Source: Eledone cirrhosa
Lineage: Eukaryota
Direction: 5' to 3'
Assembly (NCBI GenBank): GCA_964016885.1
Contig: OZ024740.1
Location: 110,484,001-110,548,000 of the forward strand
Length of the DNA: 64,000 nucleotides
How positions within the stretch are numbered: position 1 is the stretch's first letter; every line of letters starts with the position of its first letter. Below, piece after piece: positions 12,464 to 27,008 of this stretch. The translations under genes and the position numbers were made by a program. The notes below the pieces were generated by a model. That model did no database searches, was not told where the DNA came from, and was given only the letters and a program-made list of their open reading frames with translations.

Positions 12464-15400
12464 ACCATCACCATCATCACCCCCATCACGGACACCCCCA
12501 GCACCACTACCACCACTACCATCACCACCATCACTGACACCCCCAGCACCACTACCACCACTACCATCACCACCATCACTGACACCCCCAGCACCACTAC
12601 CACCACTACCATCACCACCATCACTGGCACCACCAGCACCAATACCACCACTACCATCACCACCATCACTGGCACCACCAGCACCACTACCACCACTACC
12701 ATCACCACCATCACTGACACCACCAGCACCACTACCACCACTACCATCACCACCATCACTGGCACCCCCAGCACCACTACCACCACTACCATCACCACCA
12801 TCACTGGCACCACCAGCACCACTACCACCACTACCATCACCACCATCACTGGCACCACCAGCACCACTACCATCACTACCATCACCACCATCACTGACAC
12901 CACCAGCACCACTACCACCACTACCATCACCCCCATCACTGGCACCACCAGCACCACTACCACCACTACCATCACCCCCATCACTGACACCACCAGCACC
13001 ACTACCACCACTACCATCACCCCCATCACTGGCACCCCCAGCACCACTACCACCACTACCATCACCACCATCACTGGCACCACCAGCACCACTACCACCA
13101 CTACCATCACCACCATCACTGGCACCCCCAGCACCACTACCACCACTACCATCACCCCCATCACTGGCACCACCAGCACCACTACCACCACTACCATCAC
13201 CCCCATCACTGACACCCCCAGCACCACTACCACCACTACCATCACCCCCATCACTGGCACCCCCAGCACCACTACCACCACTACCATCACCCCCATCACT
13301 GGCACCACCAGCACCACTACCACCACTACCATCACTGGCACCACCAGCACCACTACCACCACTACCATCACCCCCATCACTGGCACCACCAGCACCACTA
13401 CCACCACTACCATCACCCCCATCACTGGCACCACCAGCACCAATACCACCACTACCATCACCCCCATCACTGACACCCCCAGCACCACTACCACCACTAC
13501 CATCACCCCCATCACTGACACTCCCAGCACCACTACCACCACTACCATCACCACCATCACTGGCACCACCAGCACCACTACCACCACTACCATCACCACC
13601 ATCACTGACACCCCCAGCACCACTACCACCACTACCATCACCACCATCACTGGCACCACTAGCACCAATACCACCACTACCATCACCACCATCACTGACA
13701 CCCCCAGCACCACTACCACCACTACCACCACCACCATCACTGGCACCACCAGCACCACTACCACCACTACCATCACCCCCATCACTGACACCCCCAGCAC
13801 CACTACCACCACTACCACCACCACCATCACTGGCACCACCAGCACCACTACCACCACTACCATCACCCCCATCACTGACACCCCCAGCACCAGTACCACC
13901 ACTACCATCACCACCATCACTGACACCCCCAGCACCACTACCACCACTACCATCACCACCATCACTGGCACCACCAGCACCAATACCACCACTACCATCA
14001 CCACCATCACTGACACCCCCAGCACCATTACCACCACTACCATCACCACCATCACTGGCACCACTAGCACCAATACCACCACTACCATCACCACCATCAC
14101 TGGCACCACTACCACCACTACCACCACTACCATCACCACCATCACTGACATCCCCAGCACCACTACCACCACTACCACCACCACCATCACTGGCACCACC
14201 AGCACCACTACCACCACTACCATCACCCCCCTCACTGACACCCCCAGCACCACTACCACCACTACCACCACCACCATCACTGGCACCACCAGCACCACTA
14301 CCACCACTACCATCACCCCCATCACTGACACCCCCAGCACCACTACCACCACTACCATCACCACCATCACTGACACCCCCAGCACCACTACCACCACTAC
14401 CATCACCACCATCACTGGCACCACCAGCACCAATACCACCACTACCATCACCACCATCACTGACACCCCCAGCACCATTACCACCACTACCATCACCCCC
14501 ATCACTGGCACCCCCAGCACCACTACCACCACTACCATCACTGACACCCCCAGCACCACAACCACCACTACCATCACCCCCATCACTGGCACCACCAGCA
14601 CCACCAGCACCACTACCATCACTGGCACCACCAGCACCACTACCACCACCACCATCACTGGCACCACCAGCACCACTACCACCACTACCATCACCCCCAT
14701 CACTGATACCCCCAGCACCACTACCACCACTACCATCACCACCATCACTGGCACCCCCAGCACCACTACCAGCACTACCATCACCCCCATCACTGGCACC
14801 ACCAGCACCAATACCACCACTACCATCACCACCATCACTGGCACCCCCAGCACCACTACCACCACTACCATCACCCCCATCACTGACACCCCCAGCACCA
14901 CTACCACCACTACCATCACCCCCATCACTGACACCCCCAGCACCACTACCACCACTACCATCACCACCATCACTGACACCCCCAGCACCACTACCACCAC
15001 TACCATCACTGACACCCCCAGCACCACTACCACCACTACCATCACCACCATCACTGACACCCCCAGCACCACTACCACCACTACCATCACCACCATCACT
15101 GGCACCACCAGCACCACTACCACCACTACCATCACCACCAGCACCACTACCACCACTACCATCACCCCCATCACTGACACCCCCAGCACCACTACCACCA
15201 CTACCATCACCACCATCACTGGCACCACCAGCACCACTACCACCACTACCATCACCACCATCACTGGCACCCCCAGCACCACTACCACCACTACCATCAC
15301 CACCATCACTGGCACCACCAGCACCACTACCATCACCACCATCACTGGCACCACCAGCACCACTACCACCACTACCATCACCCCCATCACTGACACCCCC

Positions 15401-18400
15401 AGCACCACTACCACCACTACCATCACCCCCATCACTGACACCCCCAGCACCACTACCACCACTACCATCACCACCATCACTGGCACCACCAGCACCACTA
15501 CCACCACTACCATCACCACCATCACTGGCACCCCCAGCACCACTACCACCACTACCATCACCACCATCACTGGCACCACCAGCACCACTACCATCACCAC
15601 CATCACTGGCACCACCAGCACCACTACCACCACTACCATCACCACCATCACTGACACCACCAGCACCACTACCACCACTACCATCACCCCCATCACTGAC
15701 ACCCCCAGCACCACTACCACCACTACCATCACCACCATCACTGACACCCCCAGCACCACTACCACCACTACCATCACCACCATCACTGGCACCACCAGCA
15801 CCACTACCACCACTACCATCACCACCATCACTGGCACCACCAGCACCACTACCACCACTACCATCACCACCATCACTGGCACCACCAGCACCACTACCAC
15901 CACTACCATCACCACCATCACTGGCACCACCAGCACCACTACCATCACCACCATCACTGGCACCCCCAGCACCACTACCACCACTACCATCACCCCCATC
16001 ACTGACACCCCCAGCACCACCAGCACCACTACCACCACCACCATCACTGGCACCACCAGCACCACCAGCACCACTACCACCACCACCATCACTGGCACCA
16101 CCAGCACCACTACCACCACTACCATCACCCCCATCACTGACACCCCCAGCACCACCAGCACCACTACCACCACCACCATCACTGGCACCACCAGCACCAC
16201 TACCACCACTACCATCACCACCATCACTGGCACCCCCAGCACCACTACCACCACTACCATCACCACCATCACTGGCACCCCCAGCACCACTACCACCACT
16301 ACCATCACCACCATCACTGGCACCACCAGCACCACTACCACCACTACCATCACCACCATCACTGGCACCACCAGCACCACTACCACCACTACCACCACCA
16401 CCATCACTGGCACCACCAGCACCACTACCATCACCCCCATGACTGGCACCACCAGCACCACTACCACCACTACCATCACCACCATCACTGGCACCACCAG
16501 CACCACTACCACCACTACCATCACCACCATCACTGGCACCACTACCACCACTACCATCACCACCATCACTGGCACCACCAGCACCACTACCACCACTACC
16601 ACCACCACCATCACTGGCACCCCCAGCACCACCAGCACCACTACCACCACCACCATCACTGACACCCCCAGCACCACTACCACCACTACCACCACCACCA
16701 TCACTGGCACCCCCAGCACCACTACCACCACTACCACCACCACCATCACTGGCACCACCAGCACCACTACCACCACTACCATCACCACCATGACTACCAC
16801 CACTACCATCACCACCATCACTGGCACCACCAGCACCACTACCACCACTACCATCACCACCATCACTGGCACCACTACCACCACTACCATCACCACCATC
16901 ACTGGCACCCCCAGCACCACTACCACCACTACCACCACCACCATCACTGGCACCCCCAGCACCACTACCACCACTACCATCACCACCATCACTGGCACCA
17001 CCAGCACCACTACCATCACCACCATCACTGGCACCACCAGCACCACTACCACCACTACCACCACCACCATCACTGGCACCACTACCACCACTACCATCAC
17101 CACCATCACTGGCACCCCCAGCACCACTACCACCACTACCACCACCACCATCACTGGCACCCCCAGGACCACTACCACCACTACCACCACCACCATCACT
17201 GGCACCACTACCACCACTACCATCACCACCATCACTGGCACCACCAGCACCACTACCACCACTACCATCACCACCATCACTGGCACCACTACCACCACTA
17301 CCATCACCACCATCACTGGCACCACCAGCACCACTACCACCACTACCATCACCACCATCACTGGCACCACTACCACCACTACCATCACCACCATCACTGG
17401 CACCCCCAGCACCACTACCACCACTACCACCACCACCATCACTGGCACCCCCAGCACCACTACCACCACTACCATCACCACCATCACTGGCACCACCAGC
17501 ACCACTACCATCACCACCATCACTGGCACCACCAGCACCACTACCACCACTACCACCACCACCATCACTGGCACCACTACCACCACTACCATCACCACCA
17601 TCACTGGCACCCCCAGCACCACTACCACCACTACCACCACCACCATCACTGGCACCCCCAGCACCACTACCACCACTACCACCACCACCATCACTGGCAC
17701 CACTACCACCACTACCATCACCACCATCACTGGCACCACCAGCACCACTACCACCACTACCACCACCACCATCACTGGCACCCCCAGCACCACTACCACC
17801 ACTACCACCACCACCATCACTGACACCCCCAGCACCACTACCACCACTACCATCACCACCATCACTGGCACCACTAGCACCAATACCACCACTACCATCA
17901 CCACCATCACTGACACCCCCAGCACCACTACCACCACTACCACCACCACCATCACTGGCACCACCAGCACCACTACCACCACTACCATCACCACCATCAC
18001 TGACACCCCCAGCACCACTACCACCCCTACCACCACCACCATCACTGGCACCACCAGCACCACTACCACCACTACCATCACCACCATCACTGACACCCCC
18101 AGCACCACTACCACCACCACCATCACTGACACCCCCAGCACCACTACCACCACCACCATCACTGGCACCACCAGCACCACTACCACCACTACCATCACCA
18201 CCAGCACTGGCACCACCAGCACCACTACCACCACTACCATCACTGGCACCCCCAGCACCACTACCACCACCACCATCACTGGCACCACCAGCACCACTAC
18301 CACCACTACCATCACCACCAGCACTGGCACCACCAGCACCACTACCACCACTACCATCACTGGCACCCCCAGCACCACTACCACCACCACCATCACTGGC

Positions 18401-19820
18401 ACCACCAGCACCACTACCACCACTACCACCACCACCATCACTGGCACCACCAGCACCACTACCACCACTACCATCACCACCATCACTGGCACCCCCAGCA
18501 CCACTACCACCACTACCATCACCACCATCACTGGCACCACCAGCACCACTACCACCACTACCATCACCACCATCACTGGCACCACCAGCACCACTACCAC
18601 CACTACCATCACCCCCATCACTGGCACCCCCAGCACCACTACCACCACTACCATCACCACCATCACTGGCACCCCCAGCACCACTACCACCACTACCATC
18701 ACCACCATCACTGGCACCCCCAGCACCACTACCACCACTACCATCACCACCATCACTGGCACCCCCAGCACCACTACCACCACTACCATCACCCCCATCA
18801 CTGGCACCCCCAGCACCACTACCACCACTACCATCACCCCCATCACTGGCACCCCCAGCACCACTACCACCACTACCATCACCACCATCACTGGCACCCC
18901 CAGCACCACTACCACCACTACCATCACCACCATCACTGGCACCACCAGCACCACTACCACCACTACCATCACCACCATCACTGACACCTCCAGCACCACT
19001 ACCACCACTACCATCACCACCATCACTGGCACCACCAGCACCACTACCACCACTACCATCACCACCATCACTGACACCTCCAGCACCACTACCACCACTA
19101 CCACCACCACCATCACTGGCACCACCAGCACCACTACCACCACCACCATCACTGGCACCACCAGCACCACTACCACCACTACCACCACCACCATCACTGG
19201 CACCACCAGCACCACTACCACCACCACCATCACTGGCACCACCAGCACCACTACCACCACCACCATCACTGGCACCACCAGCACCACTACCACCAACACC
19301 ATCACTGGCACCACCAGCACCACCAGCACCACTACCACCACCACCATCACTGACACAACCACCGCCACTACCACCACTACCGCTACCACCAATACCACCA
19401 CTACCTTCACTAACACCACTACTACCACTACCATCACCACCAGCACCACTACCACTACCACCACCACCAAACACTCCCACCACTACCACCACTACCACCA
19501 CCAGCACCACTACCATCACCACCATCACTGACACCACTACCACCACTACCACCACCAGCACCACTACCATCACCACTACCACCACTACCACCACCAGCAC
19601 CTCTACCATCACCACTACCACCACTACCACCACCAGCACCACTACCATCACCACTACCACCACTACCACCACCAGCACCACTACCATCACCACCATCACT
19701 GACACAACCACCGCCACTACGACCACTACCGTTACCACCAATACCACCACTAACTTCACTGACACCACTACCACCACTACCATCACCACCAGCACCACTA
19801 CCACTGCCACCACCACCACC
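12464..19820. repeat. ~7.4-kb (CAC)-derived minisatellite, main unit 45 bp
   Basis: Unit ccaccagcaccactaccaccactaccatcaccaccatcactggca with triplet-sized indel variants; source of the 2499, 2352 and 1030 aa low-complexity ORFs. Confidence 0.95.
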
Positions 19821-19821
19821 A

Positions 19822-20280
19822 CCCTCCACCACCACTAACAACAACACTAGATATAAAAGCAACATAGTAGGGACATCACCACGCCCCACCTCACCGCCAC
19901 CACCACCAACATCACCACCACCACCACCACCACCCTCCACCACCACTAACAACAACACTAGATATAAAAGCAACATAGTAGGGACATCACCACGCCCCAC
20001 CTCACCGCCACCACCACCAACATCACCACCACCACCACCACCACCATCGTCACTAACAGCAACACCAGATATATAAGCAACATAGTAGGGACATCATCGC
20101 GCCCCACCTCAACAGCACCATCACCACCACCACCACCACATCAATCACCACTGCCAACACTACAATCACCAACCCCACCTCTACACCACCATCATTAATA
20201 CCACCACCACCAGCACCACCACCATCACCCCACCACTACCACCATTACTAACAACAACACTAGATATAACGGCAACAGAG
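19822..20280. repeat. ~111-bp tandem repeat, 3-4 progressively diverged copies
   Basis: cactaacaacaacactagatataaaagcaacatagtagggacatc recurs in units starting at 19822, 19933 and ~20047, with a partial copy at ~20245. Confidence 0.85.
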
Positions 20281-20644
20281 CAGGAATATCAACAGCAATT
20301 AAACTAAAATTAAACTCCTCCTCAAGAACCAAGGAACAGACTACAAGGTGTCTTTACAAATGAAGTATCCTATAAAAATCAAAGCAAGAAGGAAGTGGGT
20401 GGAGTATAACAAGGAAGCCAGACGAGTATTCCAATGATTCTTTTTTTCCGGGGGAGCGGGGTGTTTATTATTTTTTGTATATTTAAGAAACTACAAAAAA
20501 CAGAAAACAAAAAAAACAACTGAACAAACATAAAAGATAAACTAGGTTAAGAATGATTTGTAGAAGCATCGCCTAATGAACTGTATTTGTGTTGTATTCA
20601 AGACAGGTCTTAACGAGATTTCATGCCAATATTTGGTAAATTAA

Positions 20645-21050
20645 GGGTGCTGGACTGACAGAATTGGTAGAGCAACGGATAAAATATTATTCCGGTATTA
20701 TTTTGGTTTTTTACATTCTGAGTTTACATCCCGCTGAGGTCAAGTTCACCCTTCATCCTCCCGGAGGTGGATTAAATAAAGTACTAGTGAAGTACTGGGG
20801 TTGATTTAATCAATATTGTCCCTACCCCAAATTTGCTGGCCTTGTGTCTAAATTAGAAATCAGACAGTATTGGTGGAGCGTGGGACAACATGCTTTATGG
20901 AATAGAGTTACGGCCCTTTACGATCTGAGTTCAGATGCCACCGAGGTGCGCATTGCCTTTCCTCCTTACGGGGTCAATGCATTGGGGTCGATTTAATCGA
21001 CTTTGCCCATCCCCCAAATTGCTGGCCTTGTGTCTAAATTAGAAATCAAC
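20645..21050 (+). mobile_element. Two adjacent tRNA-derived SINE copies
   Basis: Each has ctgagtt... / cttcatcct-like / aaatt(t)gctggccttgtgtctaaattagaaatc; same family as 12275-12430. Confidence 0.7.
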
Positions 21051-21802
21051 ATTCGGTAAACCGAGAGTGGATGGAACGAAATGAATGGGGGTTGTAAATA
21101 ACTATCCCCTGGGGAAGTGAGTGTTTCTAAGTGCTCGCTCGGTCTGCTAGAAATACCAGATGACCTTCCCTTAAAAAACATGTTTCCATATAACAAATAT
21201 AGATTGGACAATGTAATATTAGATTCATAATAGCATATATATGTATGGTGACAAAGAGGATAGCTGTATGTGTGTGTATCCGAAGAGAGGTTGGAATGGT
21301 CATAACAAGTAAGTCTTTGATAATAGGTTTGCTCCGTTCCATCAGAGTTTGACGGGACTAACACTCCATCAGGGAGCTTTCTACGTGTACATCCGACTTG
21401 TTTATAATGCATCCGAGACACGCCGTATATCACACCTTGATCAAGAGATATGTGTCCACATATCCAATGCTAGATATACTAGGATATATTCGAATGTGCA
21501 CGACGAGGTAGCTATACGTGTGCATACCTGATAATGGTCATACCTGGAACGATTTTATGTGCAGGCATAGTTCGCTTTGCAACTACATAGTTCTGTGTTC
21601 TATTCCGGTTGGCGACATTTTGGGAAACTGCCTAGAAGCCTTCGCTGTATTTTCACTACAGAAAATTGTGTTATTAGACTATTTTCGGTGCCCAGGCGGC
21701 GAAAATAGCTCACGTCGGCTATTTTCACCGCCAGAACAGCGGCGATTCAATTCGGATCTAGCTTTTGAAACGGCCGGAATTCAGCAGTCGGGGTCCCAAA
21801 TT

Positions 21803-21842
<40 letters not shown>

Positions 21843-23236
21843 AATGTTTTTGATTATAATTTGGTCCTGCTTAATCAGAGGCGACATGAGGTAGAAAGCT
21901 GATTGGAGGAACTAACGATCCAACGATAGAGATTTCTATATGTAGCCGACAGACTCCCCTCAAAACATATCCTATTGTTAAAAAAAGACATATTGGATAA
22001 TAAAAATCTAGAAACATTATATCTGAAAAACGGTTGGGAGGTTGTTAGACATAATTCTGTTCTAATCAGAACTAACCTGATCTGAAACTAAACAACAAAA
22101 CCTGTCTCATATGGCACAGTTTGATCTCACTAAAAACTACGGAATTCATGTCTGAAAAAATATGGGATGGTTATGGTTAGAATATCTTAGATCAGCGGCC
22201 CGCTGAATGAAACAGTTGACCTAGGGCTAAACAGTGACAACGACAACAACAGAGTTGATCTTGGGCTAAACGACAATTATTTCCTTTAATTCACTCCACC
22301 ACTTTCCTTCCCATACGGCCATTTAACCACTCTCAGTCACTTTCTCACTCGTTCACCCACTTACTCACATCATCCCTCCCGCATGCATTTACTATTTATC
22401 TCTATCTGCTTCACACTTTTCCTCTAGTTTTCTAGATTTTTCGAAACTTTCCACTGGCTGATACTCTCCCTATCCCTCTATCTCCCACCTCCACTTAAGC
22501 ACTCTCAGTCCTCCATCTGTCTTCTATTCTTTCTAGACATCGCATCTTCCCACACTTTATCTATCGTCTGCTTCGCTTACTTCATTGTACGACTATTTAA
22601 ATTATAAACCCTGACTAGTATATAAATCAATGGGAATTTTTCTTAAGCCCCTAATAGGGGCTTTACCCCCCCCCCCCCCCCCTCCATTCCTGACTTCCCT
22701 CCACCACCAGCACACCATGGCTAAGTCCCCATAGTGGGTTCTTGTGTTACATAGCTTTCGTAGAGAATAGTGTAAATCACAAATCCGCTTGCTGTTTTAC
22801 TGTTATTAACAAAACTGCCATTTGCAAAATGGTGACCGCTTAAATTGTTGGTAACGAAGAATGAAAAACCAGGTCGCCATTTTATTCATTTTATTCATTT
22901 TCATCTTTTAGCTTTCTTCATCATCTCTCTTTTTCTTTCTTCCGTTCTCGTCTTATCTCTTTTCCCCTGTTTTCAACCTGTTTTTCTTCTATTGTTTCGT
23001 TTATATTTATATTCATTGCTTTTGTTGGTGCTGTTGTTGTTGATATTTTGTTTGTTGTGTTTCGGCGTTTTTGTGTGTGCAGATGTGTAGGTTCGAAGAC
23101 AAAACACGCGTTAATAAATAACTAAGGTAACAAACATCATCTACAACTAGTATAACAACAATAACGTGAACAACAGCAACAGCAAGAATAATAATACCAG
23201 TAAAACAACAACAGCAACAACAAGAGTAATAACATC

Positions 23237-23269
<33 letters not shown>

Positions 23270-23869
23270 AAGAAGAAGAAGAAGAATTACTACTGAAAGA
23301 TATAATAAAACAGAAACAATAACAACAGTGAAAACAACATCAATAACAAGAACAACAGCAATAACTGCAGCGACAATAAAAACAAGAACAACTAACTCCA
23401 CCACCACCACCTCCTCCTCAACAACAACAACAGCGTCAGTAACAAGAACAGCTGTAATAACAACAACAGCAGCGACAATAATAGCAGCAGTAACAGCGAC
23501 AATAACAACAACAACAACAATGGTGACAATAACAGCAACAATAACAGTGACAATAACAATATCAACAACAAAAACAACAACGACTGTAAGAACAACAAAA
23601 AGGTTGCCCCTTTGAATCACAAGTACAATCCAACCAACGAAATTCCGTCGATCCAATTTCATTGGCAAGGCTTGGGACGAACCTTAGCTCTGATAACAAC
23701 TGCGCAAGATGCTACGCAACGGGATCGAACCTTGGACATAATGATAGCGGAGAAACTATTCAGCCAGGCTTCGCTTAAGATAAAATATTATAACAAAGCA
23801 AACTTTCCGACTACTAATTATCAACATTTTTGACTGGTTGGTTGAGAAACTTTTTCTTCTCGCGTATGA

Positions 23870-24392
23870 GACTTTGCTGTTTCAGGTTGTTTTCGTTAGC
23901 CTGATCTAGATTAGAGGTCAGTGATCAGGTCGGTCCCTTCCACCACTTGCTACTGCTGGACTTGAAAAACAGAATACATAGTTTTCTCGTCTGTGTAAAT
24001 GAGGTGATTAATCTCATTTGCATATGAAGCTGCATAAGTTGGCACAAGTTATAAAAGAAAAGAAATAAGATTTCGCTTCAAGCATAGCTTTATACAATAT
24101 GCATAGAAATTTCGTATTTCTAAAGAAATATGGTTTTAGGAATCGGTAGCTATGCAAACACCGGGGTTAACGCCCTCTGGTGGTGTCCAGTAGAAGCATT
24201 ACTGTTTTCAAATCCAGCAGTAGCAAGAGATGGGAGAGACCGTCCTGACGAAGGCCAGTCAAGCCTGAAATGCATAGACGGTTGTCCCCCTTGCTTCTGC
24301 TGGACACCACCAGTGGGCGTTAGCCTCGGTGCTTGCATAGCTACGGCTTCCTAAAACGGTATTTCTTTAGAAATACGAAATTTCTATACATA
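23870..24392. mobile_element. Fold-back hammerhead element (family C); related copy at ~38680-38922
   Basis: 24098-24198 is the reverse complement of 24292-24392; octamer at 24016 on the - strand. Confidence 0.7.
24239..24282 (+). ncRNA. Minimal type-I hammerhead ribozyme (family C)
   Basis: accgtc-CTGACGA-aggc cagtcaa gcct-GAAA-tgca-TA-gacggt; perfect stems I and II; palindromic stem III AUGCAU. Confidence 0.9.
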
Positions 24393-24425
24393 CATATATA
24401 TATATATATGTAAAAGGTAAACAGA

Positions 24426-24862
24426 AATGATTTAGAAGTCGACCTTAAGTAGGAACAATAACATTAAAAAAGACATGAACGACACCACAACACTTTGTTT
24501 TGAAAATTTTGAAAGTAGGTTTATAAGTATGAATTTCATAAGATTGTCGTAGTTGTCTCTCTGGCCTAACGGTAGGTACTACAGACGGTGGAGATTCTGG
24601 CCTTGGCTTCAATCCTGGTCAAGAAGTACATGTAATCTTTTTCAGTTTTAATTTTACAACCAATAGAAAAAAAATGAAAAGGTTTGCAAGGAATACCACT
24701 CCCGACCAGGATCGAACTTCAGACCAGGATCACCACCGTCCATCATTCCTCCAACTAGGCCACCGAGACGGCTACAAAACGCATAATGAGAATTGATAAT
24801 TATAGAGCTACTAGGGCTTTCCTAGAGCTATTGGTAATATTTAGGGTCGACTTTTGGTCATT
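24426..24862. repeat. Imperfect inverted repeat containing two convergent tRNA-like heads
   Basis: Plus strand tggcctaacgg...cttcaatcctggtc; minus strand tggcctagttgg...gttcgatcctggtc; outer aagtcgacc/ggtcgactt. Confidence 0.55.
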
Positions 24863-25083
24863 ATTGAAAGTCTCTGGATTCCGCAAAATAAATAATATTT
24901 TTTTATTGGAGAAGTTAAGATATTTTTTCACAAAAATCTGATTGCACTGTTTTGTTTCCACTTATGTATTTTTTGAAAATGTTATTTATTCATTATAAAA
25001 ATAAATGATAGCATTCTATATGTAGATGGGCCCCCTTCAGTTCTTGGCAAGCAATATTTTTAGACCCAGTCCGCCACTGTATC

Positions 25084-25153
<70 letters not shown>

Positions 25154-25171
25154 TATTACACATACACACAC

Positions 25172-25210
<39 letters not shown>

Positions 25211-25545
25211 TTTCTTTCTGTCACTCGGAACCGCCCGAGAAACAAAATACCATACACATCACAGAGCGCTACTTTTCTCACACTTTCCCTCGTTCTGTTT
25301 GATCATCACACCACACTACGTCACCCCTTTAATCCACCACACAATTGCTCTCCCTCCATCCTTCCTATATCCGTCAATAGCTAATCTGCATCACATTAGC
25401 AGTTTTAATTGAGAAATATTAAGCTTTCACTCGATAAATAACCAACCATTCATTGCCTACGTAACAGCAAGTAGTCAGCATGCCAGGGTATTCCCGGGTA
25501 TTCCGAAAAAAGATGACTGGCATCAACACAGATATCTTCGACGGT

Positions 25546-25728
<183 letters not shown>

Positions 25729-25733
25729 ATATG

Positions 25734-25797
<64 letters not shown>

Positions 25798-25845
25798 AAT
25801 ACAAGTATGTATATATATACATATATATATATAAATACAAGTATG

Positions 25846-25933
<88 letters not shown>

Positions 25934-26033
25934 TATATAGATTTTGAGTTTATGTTGGTTGTGTACCAACACCTCAGTATGCAGGCTGGAGCACTCGACG
26001 AAGTGCGCAGGTTGGTTTGGTTACTCCGGAGTA

Positions 26034-26358
26034 GTGTAAAATAAAGTTAAATAAAAGTCAAATGATTAAAATTTAGCTTCGTTTATTACTGCTATATATA
26101 TTTCAGTGACAGCCATCTTTGGCTGTGACCTTTTCAGGCAGTTTGAATTAGTATGGTATAGACAAGTACATATGTTGTTTAGGTGTATAATATTGTCAAT
26201 ATTATACACCTAAACAACATATGTACTTGTCTATACCATACTAATTCAAACTGCCTGAAGAGGTCACAGCCAAAGATGGCTGTCACTGAAATATATATAG
26301 CAGTAATAAACGAAGCTAAATTTTAATCATTTGACTTTTATTTAACTTTATTTTACAC
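26034..26358. repeat. Near-perfect palindrome with 162-bp arms and a 1-nt centre at 26196
   Basis: Arms differ by eye only at 26132/26260. Confidence 0.95.
26250..26304 (+). ncRNA. Type-I hammerhead ribozyme (family E); mirror copy 26088-26142 (-) has core CTGAAAA
   Basis: actgc-CTGAAGA-ggtcacagcca aaga tggctgtcact-GAAA-tatata-TA-gcagt. Confidence 0.85.
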
Positions 26359-26389
26359 ATATATATATATATATATTTACACACACACA

Positions 26390-26520
<131 letters not shown>

Positions 26521-26656
26521 TAGAAGGGGTATTTAATTTGTTGGAAGTCCAACAAATATAAATATTTATAACTGATTTAGAGCACTCAACAGTTTACTGG
26601 AGTAAATATTCAATGATATTAAATAAATGGAAACTATATTTATCAAACGATATTTA

Positions 26657-26715
26657 TTTTATTATATATATTTCAGGGGTACCAAGACACATTGGTGCGC
26701 TTTCATCAGATAAAA
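26657..26715 (-). ncRNA. Type-I hammerhead ribozyme (family D) in a ~260-bp element at 26519-26778
   Basis: Minus strand ttttat-CTGATGA-aagcgcaccaatgtgtcttggtacccct-GAAA-tatata-TA-ataaaa. Confidence 0.75.
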
Positions 26716-27008
26716 TACAAAGTTTGTTTTATAAATAGAGACATACTCATGAAAATCATACCTTATCGGTTGGAAAATATATATATATATCCAGGTCCAA
26801 AAGGCATCCAAAGGAGGCATGTGTATCCGTACCTGTCTATTTTTTTTATATCTATCTATCTATCTCTCTATCTATCTATCTTTTTTCTTTCTTTCTTCCT
26901 TTCCTTCTTTGTATCTATCTTTCTATCTTTCTATCTATCAATCTATTTATATATTTATTTATCGTTATATATGCCTGTTTGTATGTCTATCTATGTATTA
27001 GAGTGTAT

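Noticed and set aside
23147-23668. Thr/Arg-rich and Val-rich ORFs, similarly 10279-10683 and 31579-32319
   Set aside because: Derived from (ACA)n, (AGA)n, (GTA)n and (CAC)n triplet repeats with no domain content.
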